A stretch of 64,000 nt of DNA, taken from contig CAVQUB010000008.1 in the NCBI GenBank assembly GCA_963716725.1, forward strand, positions 32,001-96,000, in the 5' to 3' direction. This DNA comes from an uncultured delta proteobacterium (GTDB lineage: Bacteria; Myxococcota_A; Polyangia; Polyangiales; Polyangiaceae). Below are positions 31,457-40,816 of this stretch, in pieces (position 1 is the first letter of the stretch; each line of letters begins with the position of its first letter). The notes under the pieces were generated by a model, which had not been told where the DNA came from, ran no database searches, and worked only from the letters and a program-made list of their open reading frames with translations. The position numbers and the translations under genes are program-made.

Positions 31457-34400
31457 CCTCCAGAGACCTTGGGCGAACGCATGCCCAAACGAACCATCTT
31501 CTTCTTGAGGCCGTGCCGGGTGATGCGCAAGCGCTCCGCCGCCCGCGTGATGTTTCCGCCCTCTCGCTCCAGGGCTGCGCGGACCTCGTCCCGCTCGGCA
31601 TCGGGGCCCGCCGCCTTCTTGTTGGGCGCGAGTGATATCCTTGGTGCCGGCGCCTCTTTGAACGCCGCCCGCACCTCCCTCGCCAGGTGCTCGAGCTCGA
31701 TACGCGGCACGCCCAGGGCCGCCACTCGCTGCATCTGATGCTCGAGCTCACGCACGTTGCCGGGCCACCGATGCGAGACGAGGGCGCGGGCTGTGCGCGG
31801 CGTGAGCGTGCTCTTCGACCCCGCCGTCTCGAGCACGCGTTCGGCGATTGTCAGGATGTCTTCCGGTCGCTCGCGCAGCGGCGGCACGCGGACCTCGAGC
31901 ACGTTGAGGCGATACAAGAGATCGCGGCGGAAGCCGCCGGTTTCGACCTCGTGCTCGAGATCGCGGTTGGTCGCGGCGATCACCCGAACGTCGAAGGGCT
32001 TCTCCTCGTCGCTGCCGACGGGACGATAGCGCCGCTCGGCCAAGGCTCGCAGCAGGGTGGCCTGTCGCATCATGGGCAACTCGCCGATTTCGTCGAGAAG
32101 CAAGCTGCCGCCCTCGGCTCGGGCGATCAGGCCGGCGCGCGCGCGATCCGCGCCGGTGAAGCTGCCGCGGGCGTGACCGAAGAGCTCAGCCTCGAAGAGA
32201 GCGTCGGGCACCGCGCCGCAGTTGATCGCCACGAAGGGCGCGGAAGCACGTGGCCCGCTGTCGTGAAGCGCGCGTGCGAAGAGTTCCTTGCCGACGCCGG
32301 TCTCACCGGTGATCAGCACCGGCAGATCGCTGTCGACGGCGGTGTCGAGCCGGGCCAGCGCGCGCTGAAGGGCCGCGCTCTCGCCGATGATGTTGGGGAA
32401 CGCCCGGTGTCCGTGGCGAGAGGGCAACACCGTGCTCGGCTCCCGGAGCGAATCGGGGGCTTCCGATCCGCGTTCGCGGGACGGCGGCGCGGCGGCCGCA
32501 GACGAGCCACCGGCGCCCAGCGCGACAGCGAGCGCGGCGCAGATCCCCCAGCGTTCGACCTCGCGCCGGTCGAGCTTCTCGAAGGCGTTGGCGACGAAGC
32601 GATGCTCCAGCACCAAGAGCGCCCGCTCCGCCCGCGCGCTCTCGGGCCCCAGGGCAACCAAGCGCGACCCAATTCCGCCGCGGGTCGCCACCGTGGGCTG
32701 ATGGCTGATGTCGCCCGCACTGAGCGCGCTCTCGAGGGTCTCCGCCGACACTCGCTCCAGCACGTCTGGGATCGGCACCCCCTCGATGTCGACACCGACT
32801 CCGCCGCGCGCTCCGGACACAGCCATGGCGATCACAAAAGCACGTTCGGCGCCGCTCGCTTCCACCACCCATCTACACAGCGCGAGTGCGGCCGCTTCGC
32901 TGTCGGCCGCGATGCTGGCCGCCGACAGAAAGCTCCACAGCTGTTCGTCCCCTGCCATGCTCGGGACCGAAGCGTAGCCGCGCGTTGGCGCCGAGGCGAA
33001 GCGCCTTCGCGCTGCGGCCAAAACCCCGAGCGCGCGTTGCTCGGGTTCGGGGAGCCCCGCTGCTCGCGCGCGTCGCGCCGCGGCCACGGCGGCGCGGGCC
33101 GCTCGGCCTCGATCGGCGGGCAGGGTGCACAAATGGGCGCTGGCCCTCAGCGTGAGCGATCGCGCCCCGAGCAACGCATCTTGCTCGACGAGCGCAGCGT
33201 CGACGCGCCCGAGGTGGGTCAGGGCCAGATCGCCTTTGCCTTCCGCGAGCGCGATCTCGGCGCGCAGCAGCGCGAGATCCGCGTGCACGGGCTTTGGGAT
33301 CACGTCGCCCAGATGCTCAGCCTCGGAAACGAAGCGCTCTGCTGCGGCGCGATCGCCTCGGCGCAGGGACACGTCGGCCAGCGCCGCCAAACACCAACCT
33401 GCACCCGAGAGCTGCGAAAGCGCGCGACAGGTCGCGACGGCTTCGAGCAAGGCCGCCTCGGCTTGGTCGTACCGAGCGAGCTGTGAACACGCGAGACCCA
33501 AGTTGAGAAGGCACGCCCAAGTGCCGCCTCGGTCTCCCATTTCGCGCTTGGCGCGGAGCGATTGTTCGAACGCCTCCAGCGCTTCGTCGACCCGACCGCG
33601 ATACAGCGCGACCACGCCCCGGTTGTGATCGAGCCTCGCGAGTTCTTCGCTGTCGTCTACCGCCGCGGCCGACAACGCATCCGTGGCCCGCGCCAGAGCC
33701 AGCTCGGCGCGCGTCCAGTCAGCGCGGTACAGCGCGGTCGAGGCGAGGGTCGAGAGCGCGAGCACCTCGTCCGCAGGCTGCTCTGCCAGCGCCACCGCTC
33801 GCTGCGCCAGCTCCTCCGCCGCCTCGTGATCTCCAGCCCGCGCCTGCTGCTCTGCGTGGCGGCGCAGCGCAAGCACCGCGAGCGCGGGGTGGGTCGCCGC
33901 CGCTGCTTCGAGCCAGGTCACCAGCTCCGGATGCAGGCCGGCGCTGCCCCCGCCCCGCGTCGAGCGATCCAGCGCCGTCAGCGTCTGGGGCGTGCGCTCC
34001 CGGGGATCTGCGGCCAGCGCCAGCAGTGCGTCGGTCTCTTGGGATCGCAGCCCGGCGTCCCGCGCTGTACGCGCCGCGAGCGAGAGCAGCTCGCCTCGGC
34101 GGTTCGGGGGAGACAGCGCGCGTGACAGGGACAATAGCTGCGCCGCGGAGACGCCGACGGGGTTTGCGAGCACGTGGTCGGTGATCGAGTCCACGATCTC
34201 GAAGCTCGCCAGCGCGTCGGCGATGTCCGACTGGATCTCGGTGTGTGTGAGCCGCCAGCTGACGCCTGCGTCTCCGGCGCGTCGCTGTAGCAGGCTCGCC
34301 CGCGCGAGTTCCGCGCACGCCTGGCGCGCCTCGCCAGCACCGAGCACGTCGTTCAGCAGCGCGTCGCTGGCGTGCCCGTCGAGCACGGCCACGGTGGCCA

Positions 34401-35814
34401 AGGCCCGGGCTGCTGTCGGCGCGAGCGCCTTGGCTCGCGCGAGCACGGCGGCGCGCTCCAACGGGACTCTGCCCGTGAGCGCTGCGATGAATCCAGGGTT
34501 GCCATCGCTCGCGCTGCGAAGCTCTTCGGCGCGCTCGGGATCCACGTCGAGCTCCGCGCACAGACCGCGCACGCCGCGCAGGTCCAGGGCACCGAGCACG
34601 ATCGCGTTCGCATCGGCGGGCGCTTCGCGCAGCGCGGCGATCAGCGTGGTGTCGTCCGGGGACCAACGGGAACCCTCGGCAGGGCCGCGCCGACGACAAC
34701 GAAACGCTTCGAGGGCCGAGCGGACTTCCATGGGCGCGGCGTGGGCGTCGTCCAGCGCCACCAAGAGCGGCCCCGCCGCAAAGGGCCGAGCGCGCTCGGA
34801 GCCGCGAAGCCAAGCGATCAGCCGGGAAACGAGCTGATGGTCGTCGTTCGGAAAGCGCAGGAGCCGCGCAGCGTGGCCCGAGAGCAGCGCGCGCGTGACC
34901 AGCTCGGAGATCACCTGGCTCTTGCCCATTCCCGGCGCGCCCACCAGATAGGTGAGCCCCGGTTTCGCCCGCTCTAGTCTCGAGAGCTGGGGCTCGCGCA
35001 CCGATCGCTCGGCTCCTCCCGAGCGGAGCGATCGCACGGGACGCGGCGCTCCGAAGACCACGCTCTGACCCAGGAGCTGGAGCACGTCTCGAGCATCGCA
35101 GGGTCGATCTGCGGGATGCTCGGATCGCAGGCGATCGACGACGTCCGCCAAACTGGGTGGAAGCCAGGTTGCGAGACTGCGGACGGGCGCGTGCGACTCG
35201 GGCGGTTTGCCCGTGGCGACCGAATACGCCAGCGCGCCGAGTGCAAACAGATCGGTCTTCGGACTCGGAGGCGCTCCGGCGCGAAGCTCGGGCGCGGCAT
35301 AACCAGGCGTGACCGCGTTCGGTGCGAGATCCAAGCGTGCGCGCGCTACGGCAGCGCCCAAGTCAATGAGGGTCGCGCGACCGTCCTCGGGAATTCGCAC
35401 ATGTGCGGGCTTCAAGTCCCCGTGCAAGAAGCCGCTGTCGTGAACCAGCGCTAGAGTGGCGGTCACCTCGCTCAGCAGGCCAGCCAGACGCTCCGCACGA
35501 GCGCGATCGCTGGGTGCTGCTTCGAGGAAGCGGCGCGCGTCGGGCCCGTCGACGAAATCTTCGACCAGGAACGGGGCCTCGGAGACTTCGTCGCGTCCCA
35601 GGTCGTGCGCGCGAACCAGTCCCGGAACGTGCAGGCGCGAGAGCAGCGCAAACTCTCCCCTCAAGAGCTGCTCGTCGAAGGCTCCTGGCTGCCACAGCTT
35701 TGCGACCAAAGCGCGCGACGGCGACTCCCGATCGGTGACCCGCAGCACCACGGCCTGCGCACCTCGGCCGAGGACCGGGCCCGGCAGGTAGCGGGGGTGC
35801 TGCAGGAGGGACAT
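31453..35814 (-). CDS. Fusion: Ser/Thr kinase + P-loop ATPase + TPR + GAF-like + sigma-54 activator + HTH
   Basis: LGRGAQAVV, HGDLKP, DLG, TPGYAAPE; GAPGMGKS; TPR helices; GETGVGKE, ELFGHARGSFTGA, WPGNVREL, GNITRAAERL. Confidence 0.92.
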   Translation of the reverse strand: MSLLQHPRYLPGPVLGRGAQAVVLRVTDRESPSRALVAKLWQPGAFDEQLLRGEFALLSRLHVPGLVRAHDLGRDEVSEAPFLVEDFVDGPDARRFLEAAPSDRARAERLAGLLSEVTATLALVHDSGFLHGDLKPAHVRIPEDGRATLIDLGAAVARARLDLAPNAVTPGYAAPELRAGAPPSPKTDLFALGALAYSVATGKPPESHAPVRSLATWLPPSLADVVDRLRSEHPADRPCDARDVLQLLGQSVVFGAPRPVRSLRSGGAERSVREPQLSRLERAKPGLTYLVGAPGMGKSQVISELVTRALLSGHAARLLRFPNDDHQLVSRLIAWLRGSERARPFAAGPLLVALDDAHAAPMEVRSALEAFRCRRRGPAEGSRWSPDDTTLIAALREAPADANAIVLGALDLRGVRGLCAELDVDPERAEELRSASDGNPGFIAALTGRVPLERAAVLARAKALAPTAARALATVAVLDGHASDALLNDVLGAGEARQACAELARASLLQRRAGDAGVSWRLTHTEIQSDIADALASFEIVDSITDHVLANPVGVSAAQLLSLSRALSPPNRRGELLSLAARTARDAGLRSQETDALLALAADPRERTPQTLTALDRSTRGGGSAGLHPELVTWLEAAAATHPALAVLALRRHAEQQARAGDHEAAEELAQRAVALAEQPADEVLALSTLASTALYRADWTRAELALARATDALSAAAVDDSEELARLDHNRGVVALYRGRVDEALEAFEQSLRAKREMGDRGGTWACLLNLGLACSQLARYDQAEAALLEAVATCRALSQLSGAGWCLAALADVSLRRGDRAAAERFVSEAEHLGDVIPKPVHADLALLRAEIALAEGKGDLALTHLGRVDAALVEQDALLGARSLTLRASAHLCTLPADRGRAARAAVAAARRARAAGLPEPEQRALGVLAAARRRFASAPTRGYASVPSMAGDEQLWSFLSAASIAADSEAAALALCRWVVEASGAERAFVIAMAVSGARGGVGVDIEGVPIPDVLERVSAETLESALSAGDISHQPTVATRGGIGSRLVALGPESARAERALLVLEHRFVANAFEKLDRREVERWGICAALAVALGAGGSSAAAAPPSRERGSEAPDSLREPSTVLPSRHGHRAFPNIIGESAALQRALARLDTAVDSDLPVLITGETGVGKELFARALHDSGPRASAPFVAINCGAVPDALFEAELFGHARGSFTGADRARAGLIARAEGGSLLLDEIGELPMMRQATLLRALAERRYRPVGSDEEKPFDVRVIAATNRDLEHEVETGGFRRDLLYRLNVLEVRVPPLRERPEDILTIAERVLETAGSKSTLTPRTARALVSHRWPGNVRELEHQMQRVAALGVPRIELEHLAREVRAAFKEAPAPRISLAPNKKAAGPDAERDEVRAALEREGGNITRAAERLRITRHGLKKKMVRLGMRSPKVSGG

Positions 35815-35937
35815 GGAGGGCAGGGTACGGTCCTTGTAAGCAGGGGGCGATCCAGAGCCCCGGTTTGCAGGGAATCCATGGAAATCAAGGACGGATGGAC
35901 GATGGTTGCCGGCAACTCACGGGAGGCGAAGTTACCA

Positions 35938-37704
35938 GTGACTCGGGCGCTGGCCCTCGCCACGGGCCTGGTCGTGGCCAAGGCCGTTCTGGTCGGGCTT
36001 CGCGTCGTCGACGGCGGCGGCGGCGCGACCCTCGTCGATGTTTGGGCGCCGCTCGCCCTCCTGCACCAAGACGCGCTGGTGGTCGGAGCGTACCTCTTGC
36101 TCGACCTGGTGGTTTCGCGGCGGATCCCCCGGGCGCTCTGGGCGCTCGTCTGGGTGCTGGTCGCGTACTCGGCGATCAACGTGGCCGTCGCGCGGGTGTT
36201 CTCCACACCGTTGACCATCTCCATGCTTGGCGCCGCTGGTGGTGCGCTCAGCGACTCCATCGGGACCTACGTGACGGCCTCGAACCTGTTGGCGATCGCC
36301 GTCGTGATCGCTGCCAGCGCGGCCGCGACCCGCCTTCGCTTCGCACCGCGTGCGCCTTGGCACCTGCTCCTTGCCAGCGCAGCCCTGCTGTTCGCCGGCA
36401 TCGCCGGTTCCCACGCGGCGGCCCGCGTCGAGACGCTGGGGCTGCACCGGAACGCCGCAGTTGCCCTCGGGGTCACCGGCATCGCTCGGCTCTCACCCTC
36501 GCCGCGCGCCACGCAGGTCGGCGCGCTCGCGGACGAAGGACCGGCCCTCGACCTGAGGCAGTTTGCCGGTGCGGCGCGTGGGCGCAACGTCGTTTGGGTC
36601 ATTCTCGAGTCCACCGCAGCCGAATACCTCGGCGCCTACGGTGCGCGCCTCGATCCAACGCCCAACCTGACTCGGCTGAGCGAGGAATCACTGGTATTCG
36701 ACGCGGCCTACAGCGCCTATCCCGAGAGCATCAAGGGTCTGTGGTCGATGCTTTGTGGCGCATCGCCCGCAGCCCAGACCACGGCGAAGGACTACGCTGC
36801 CGGGCGCCTGCCCTGCGCCTCCATCGCGACGTCGCTCGGCGCGGCGGGGTATCGCACCGCGTTTTTCCACTCGGGGCGCTTCCGCTACCTCGGCATGCAG
36901 GCCGTCGTCGACGACCGCGGCTTCGGCGCGCTCTTCGACGCCGAGACCATCGGGGGCACGCACGCGTCGAGCTTCGGCACCGACGATGCTTCGACCGTGC
37001 GGCGTCTGCTCAGCTTCGTGGATGAGGCAGCGGGGGATCGATTCTTCGCGGTGTACTCGCCGATCTCGGGCCATCACCCCTACAAGTCCCCGGGCGACGG
37101 GCCGCGCCCTTTCCCGGCCCGCACCGAGAAGGACCACTACCTGAACGACCTCTTTGCCGGTGACGCCGCCTTCGGCAAGCTCGTGGATGGGTTGGTTCAA
37201 CGTGGTGTTCATCAAAACACGCTGTACGTGATCGTCGGCGATCATGGCGAGGCGTTTGGGCAGCACGAGGGCAACTTCGCTCACACCCTGCACCTCTACG
37301 ACGAGAACGTGCGCGTGCCGTTGATCGTGTCGGCCCCGGGCTTGACGGTCGGGAGGCTGCGTGTGCCCCAGATCGCCAGCCTCACGGATCTCGCGCCGAC
37401 GACCCTGGCGTTGATCGGACTCCAGCTGCCTTCGCGCCACGAAGGACGGTCGCTGCTGGCGCCCCAGCCCGGCGTCGCGCGCTTCTACACCGATCACGGT
37501 CCCCTCTCTCTTGGGCTCCGGCAGGGGCGTTTCAAGGCCCTGCACTCCACCGAGCACGACCGCACGCGCCTCTTCGACCTGGACCGGGATCCGGGTGAGA
37601 AACGCGACCTTGCGGCGGAGCATCCGGAGCGAAGCGAGCGCTATCGCAGGCATCTGCTCGAGTGGTCCGCGTCGCGTCGGGCAGCCGTCGCGAACGCCAA
37701 CTGA
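35938..37704 (+). CDS. Membrane sulfatase/alkaline-phosphatase superfamily enzyme, LtaS-like
   Basis: About 5 N-terminal TM segments; NVVWVILES, TPNL, HHPY, GDHGE, VPLIV. No CxPxR motif. Alternative ATG at 35878. Confidence 0.85.
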   Translation: MTRALALATGLVVAKAVLVGLRVVDGGGGATLVDVWAPLALLHQDALVVGAYLLLDLVVSRRIPRALWALVWVLVAYSAINVAVARVFSTPLTISMLGAAGGALSDSIGTYVTASNLLAIAVVIAASAAATRLRFAPRAPWHLLLASAALLFAGIAGSHAAARVETLGLHRNAAVALGVTGIARLSPSPRATQVGALADEGPALDLRQFAGAARGRNVVWVILESTAAEYLGAYGARLDPTPNLTRLSEESLVFDAAYSAYPESIKGLWSMLCGASPAAQTTAKDYAAGRLPCASIATSLGAAGYRTAFFHSGRFRYLGMQAVVDDRGFGALFDAETIGGTHASSFGTDDASTVRRLLSFVDEAAGDRFFAVYSPISGHHPYKSPGDGPRPFPARTEKDHYLNDLFAGDAAFGKLVDGLVQRGVHQNTLYVIVGDHGEAFGQHEGNFAHTLHLYDENVRVPLIVSAPGLTVGRLRVPQIASLTDLAPTTLALIGLQLPSRHEGRSLLAPQPGVARFYTDHGPLSLGLRQGRFKALHSTEHDRTRLFDLDRDPGEKRDLAAEHPERSERYRRHLLEWSASRRAAVANAN

Positions 37705-37705
37705 C

Positions 37706-38530
37706 TCACTCGAACAGGGTCTGACCCATGCGGACTTCGGGGCCCTCGCAGCAGCGGGTCGGGGCGCCTGGCGGCAAGAGCACGACCACGGTCGATCCGA
37801 AAGCAAAGTGCCCGACTTCGTCGCCATGCCCCAGGCTTCGGCCGAGCTCGAAGGGCCGCGGTCTCACCCACTCGCGCCGGTCGGTGCCCTCGAGGTGGAT
37901 GCCGCCGATCAGGCTCGCGCCCACCATCACCATCAAGAACGGTCGCCCCTCTCCATCGCGGCAGCTCAGGGTGGCCCGCTCGTTGCGCTCGTACACCCGC
38001 GGCACAATCCTGAGCGCGTCCGCGTTCTGCGGAAAGTAGCGACCCGGGATCCATCGCACCGCATCGAGCGTTCCGCGGACCGGCATGTGCACGCGGTGGT
38101 AGCCCCGCGGCGTGAGGAAGATCACCGCGTACATGCCGCCGTCGTACTCCGAGAGGTCGAGATCGTAGAGCCCACCGTTGACCACTCGATCGACGCTGAG
38201 TCGCTGCTCCTTGACCACGAGCGGGCGGCCGAGATCGAGGCGGCCTGAAGCAATCAGGTTGCCGTCCGCGGGCGCGACGAAGCCGCGCCCGATGGGGCGC
38301 GCGCCGGGCGCCAGACGACGCAAGAAGAAATCGTCCAGGGATTCGAAGCGCCGATCTTCGAACTCCGAGAGGTCGATCCGGTCGCGCTCGGTCCAGCGCG
38401 CGACTGCGCGGTCGACGGCCCACGCGGGCCGGGTGGCGGAGGTCAGGAACGCGGTGGTCCGGTTCAGCCAGCGGTGCGGCAGAAAGGCGTAGCTTCGGAG
38501 AAACGCCTCGGTCCGGTGTAGCTCGGTCAC
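37706..38530 (-). CDS. psd: Phosphatidylserine decarboxylase proenzyme
   Basis: FFLRRL, APADG, FLTPRGYHRVHMP, NER, VGA..IGGI, FGST self-cleavage motif. Confidence 0.88.
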   Translation of the reverse strand: MTELHRTEAFLRSYAFLPHRWLNRTTAFLTSATRPAWAVDRAVARWTERDRIDLSEFEDRRFESLDDFFLRRLAPGARPIGRGFVAPADGNLIASGRLDLGRPLVVKEQRLSVDRVVNGGLYDLDLSEYDGGMYAVIFLTPRGYHRVHMPVRGTLDAVRWIPGRYFPQNADALRIVPRVYERNERATLSCRDGEGRPFLMVMVGASLIGGIHLEGTDRREWVRPRPFELGRSLGHGDEVGHFAFGSTVVVLLPPGAPTRCCEGPEVRMGQTLFE

Positions 38531-39777
38531 AGCTGTCCCCGGCTCAATGTCATGCGCTTGAGCAGGAGCCAGGAGACGATCCGCGAGCAGCCGGTGGGGC
38601 GAGCCCAGAGCCAGTCGTGTCGGAGCACCGGGGTGGCGCGCGCGGCTTCGAGCAAGGTCGCGTCGTCACCGACGAATCCCAGCGGTGTGACCACGAGGTC
38701 GCAGACGGAGTGTCGGCTTGGGTCGAAGCTCTCGATGCAGAAACGGACGCGACCGAGGGGGAAGCGACGTCGCTTCAAGTGGTCGATAGCATGGGACACG
38801 CTCGCGGCCGAACGATCGACGACCACGAAGCGAGCCTGTGGGAGCAGCTTTGCGAGCACCAGCAGCGAACGCGGGAACAAGCCGCCGCCGACGATGGCCA
38901 CTCGCTTCGGGAGCTCCGGCAGGCCGCCAAGCAGCGGCGCCATGGCGCGCGCATGGGTCCAGAGCATGAAGCGTTGCAGCAGCGACGAGCCGAGCGCGAT
39001 CCGCTCGAGAGCGCACAAAAAGAGCCCCTTGAGCTCGTGCGGTGTGGCGCGTTCCAGGAAGCGCAGGTGCGGGGGAAATGCGCTCGACGCGAGGGTGATC
39101 TGCCCGCGCAACGCCGACACGCGGGTCCAGTGCGCGCGCGGGGACAGGTGATGCTCCGCGTGATAGCCGTCGTTGAACCAGAAGAAATTGTAGAGACGAC
39201 CGTAGTGGCTCACGCCGGCCTCGGGGCGCTCAGTCCGCGCGTGCTCCATATCGCCCTGCAGGCGAGCGAGCCCCATCCCGAGCAGATAGCCCGGCGCGTA
39301 ACCGAACAGGAACAACTCGGGCGCCACCCCGAGGAACACGAGCCAACTGACACCCACGATCCCAATCTCGATCAGCGCACGGCGGCTGAGCCGCCGGCGC
39401 GGGCGGGTGGGCTCACCTGCGTGGTGCCAGAGATGGCGCGCTTTCCAGATCGACTGCGGGACGCCCAGCAGCAGGCTGAGCCAAAGGTCGAAGCCGCGGT
39501 TCAGCCTGCGCGAGCGGAACAAAGCGTTGTGCAAGTGATTGTGGGAAACCGTGTTGGAGCACCAACACACCCCGATGCCGAAGATCAGCGCGGAGACGCC
39601 CGCACCAACGCTGCTGGCGGGCGCCACGAGGCCGAAGGCTATCAGTGTCACGCAGGCCTGAGCCAGCGTCACCGCGACCAGCCAGGCGTCGCTCGCGGAG
39701 TGGCGGAACACCGAACGAGCTCGTCGCTTCGTCGCCGAAGCGTCGCCGAAAGACCACCACTCCGCGGGCATCGCCAT
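38527..39777 (-). CDS. Fatty-acid desaturase-like membrane diiron enzyme fused to C-terminal SAM/Rossmann-type domain
   Basis: His boxes HNHLH, HLWHH, YHAEHH; C-terminal VAIVGGGLFPRSLLVLAK...VVVDRS. Confidence 0.82.
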   Translation of the reverse strand: MAMPAEWWSFGDASATKRRARSVFRHSASDAWLVAVTLAQACVTLIAFGLVAPASSVGAGVSALIFGIGVCWCSNTVSHNHLHNALFRSRRLNRGFDLWLSLLLGVPQSIWKARHLWHHAGEPTRPRRRLSRRALIEIGIVGVSWLVFLGVAPELFLFGYAPGYLLGMGLARLQGDMEHARTERPEAGVSHYGRLYNFFWFNDGYHAEHHLSPRAHWTRVSALRGQITLASSAFPPHLRFLERATPHELKGLFLCALERIALGSSLLQRFMLWTHARAMAPLLGGLPELPKRVAIVGGGLFPRSLLVLAKLLPQARFVVVDRSAASVSHAIDHLKRRRFPLGRVRFCIESFDPSRHSVCDLVVTPLGFVGDDATLLEAARATPVLRHDWLWARPTGCSRIVSWLLLKRMTLSRGQL

Positions 39778-39780
39778 GGC

Positions 39781-40605
39781 TCAGTTCCTCTTCCTTCGCC
39801 GCAGCGCGAACGCGAGACCCAGGCCCGAGAGCAGCCACGCGATCCCGCCTTTGCGGCTCGGATCCGCGAGGCTGCAGCCGCCTTCATCGTCCGAGTCCGA
39901 ACCCGATTTCCCCGCCGCGCCACCGGTCGCAGCGCCGCCGCTCGCCGCGCCGCCGCTCGCCGCGCCGCCGCTCGCCGCGCCGCCGGAGCCAGCGCTGCCC
40001 GCGGTGCCTCCGCCAGCCCCCGCCGTTCCGCCGGTGCTGGTCGAACCGCCAGCCCCCGCCGTTCCGCCGGTGCTGGTCGACCCGCCAGTGCCGGTCGCGC
40101 CACCGGTACCACCTGCACCACCGGTGCCGCCGTCGGCCTGGCTGTTCAGGAACTTGTCGATGACCTGGCAGGGGGTGAAGCCGGCCAGCACTCCCAACGC
40201 GATGGGATAGACGTCCGGCTTGACGGGCGTCGCGTTCGGCGCCCGCAAGCTGCCCGTGGGCAGACTCTGATCCCCGAGCCCGATGCAGACGTCGTCCTTT
40301 TCCTTGATGTTCTTCTCGACGTCCGCCCACTCGCTGACGCAGGTCTTCTCCTGACCGGACGGGCAGGAGTAGTACAGATACCCGAACGCGGGCTCGGTGT
40401 ACCCGGCGTAGCTGGTGCCGGTGCTCTTGTCGTAGAGCATCGCGGCGCCGTGGATTTGGATCTTCGTGGGCGCGGTGGCGCTGGGTTCGAGCACCACCTT
40501 CTTCACTTTGACCCAGACGCCGGCTGGCAAACTCGCCGACGCGTCGCTCGCGCTGAACACGACGCCGAGCGCGAGCAGGGTTTTGAACACATTTGCAGAC
40601 CTCAT
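39781..40605 (-). CDS. MYXO-CTERM secreted protein
   Basis: Signal peptide, 4-Cys domain, Gly linker, then GGCSL...WLLSGLGLAFALRRRKRN. Confidence 0.85.
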   Translation of the reverse strand: MRSANVFKTLLALGVVFSASDASASLPAGVWVKVKKVVLEPSATAPTKIQIHGAAMLYDKSTGTSYAGYTEPAFGYLYYSCPSGQEKTCVSEWADVEKNIKEKDDVCIGLGDQSLPTGSLRAPNATPVKPDVYPIALGVLAGFTPCQVIDKFLNSQADGGTGGAGGTGGATGTGGSTSTGGTAGAGGSTSTGGTAGAGGGTAGSAGSGGAASGGAASGGAASGGAATGGAAGKSGSDSDDEGGCSLADPSRKGGIAWLLSGLGLAFALRRRKRN

Positions 40606-40706
40606 TCCTGACACCTCCAGTTGCAGAGGAGACCGTCTGAGCAACAGGCGGGCCAGGACCGGATCCAGTGATTACGAACGGTTCCCCGTGGTCTCCGCGC
40701 GTTTCA

Positions 40707-40718
40707 GTTACCGGTAAC
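40707..40718. promoter_or_regulatory. Perfect palindrome GTTACCGGTAAC, putative operator
   Basis: Located in the divergent intergenic region 40606-40816. Confidence 0.5.
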
Positions 40719-40816
40719 CGCGGCTCGGGCCGGGGGGGCCCGGCGCCGCTCGAATCGCGCCGATTGCGCCCGCTCACGGCAGTTGGTACCGAGCGGCCGA
40801 ATACGGTTGACCCCAA

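Noticed and set aside
40620..40700. Possible riboswitch in the leader (GGAGACC...GGTCTCC pairing)
   Set aside because: Only a 7-bp inverted repeat; no conserved cobalamin, TPP or SAM aptamer boxes recognised.
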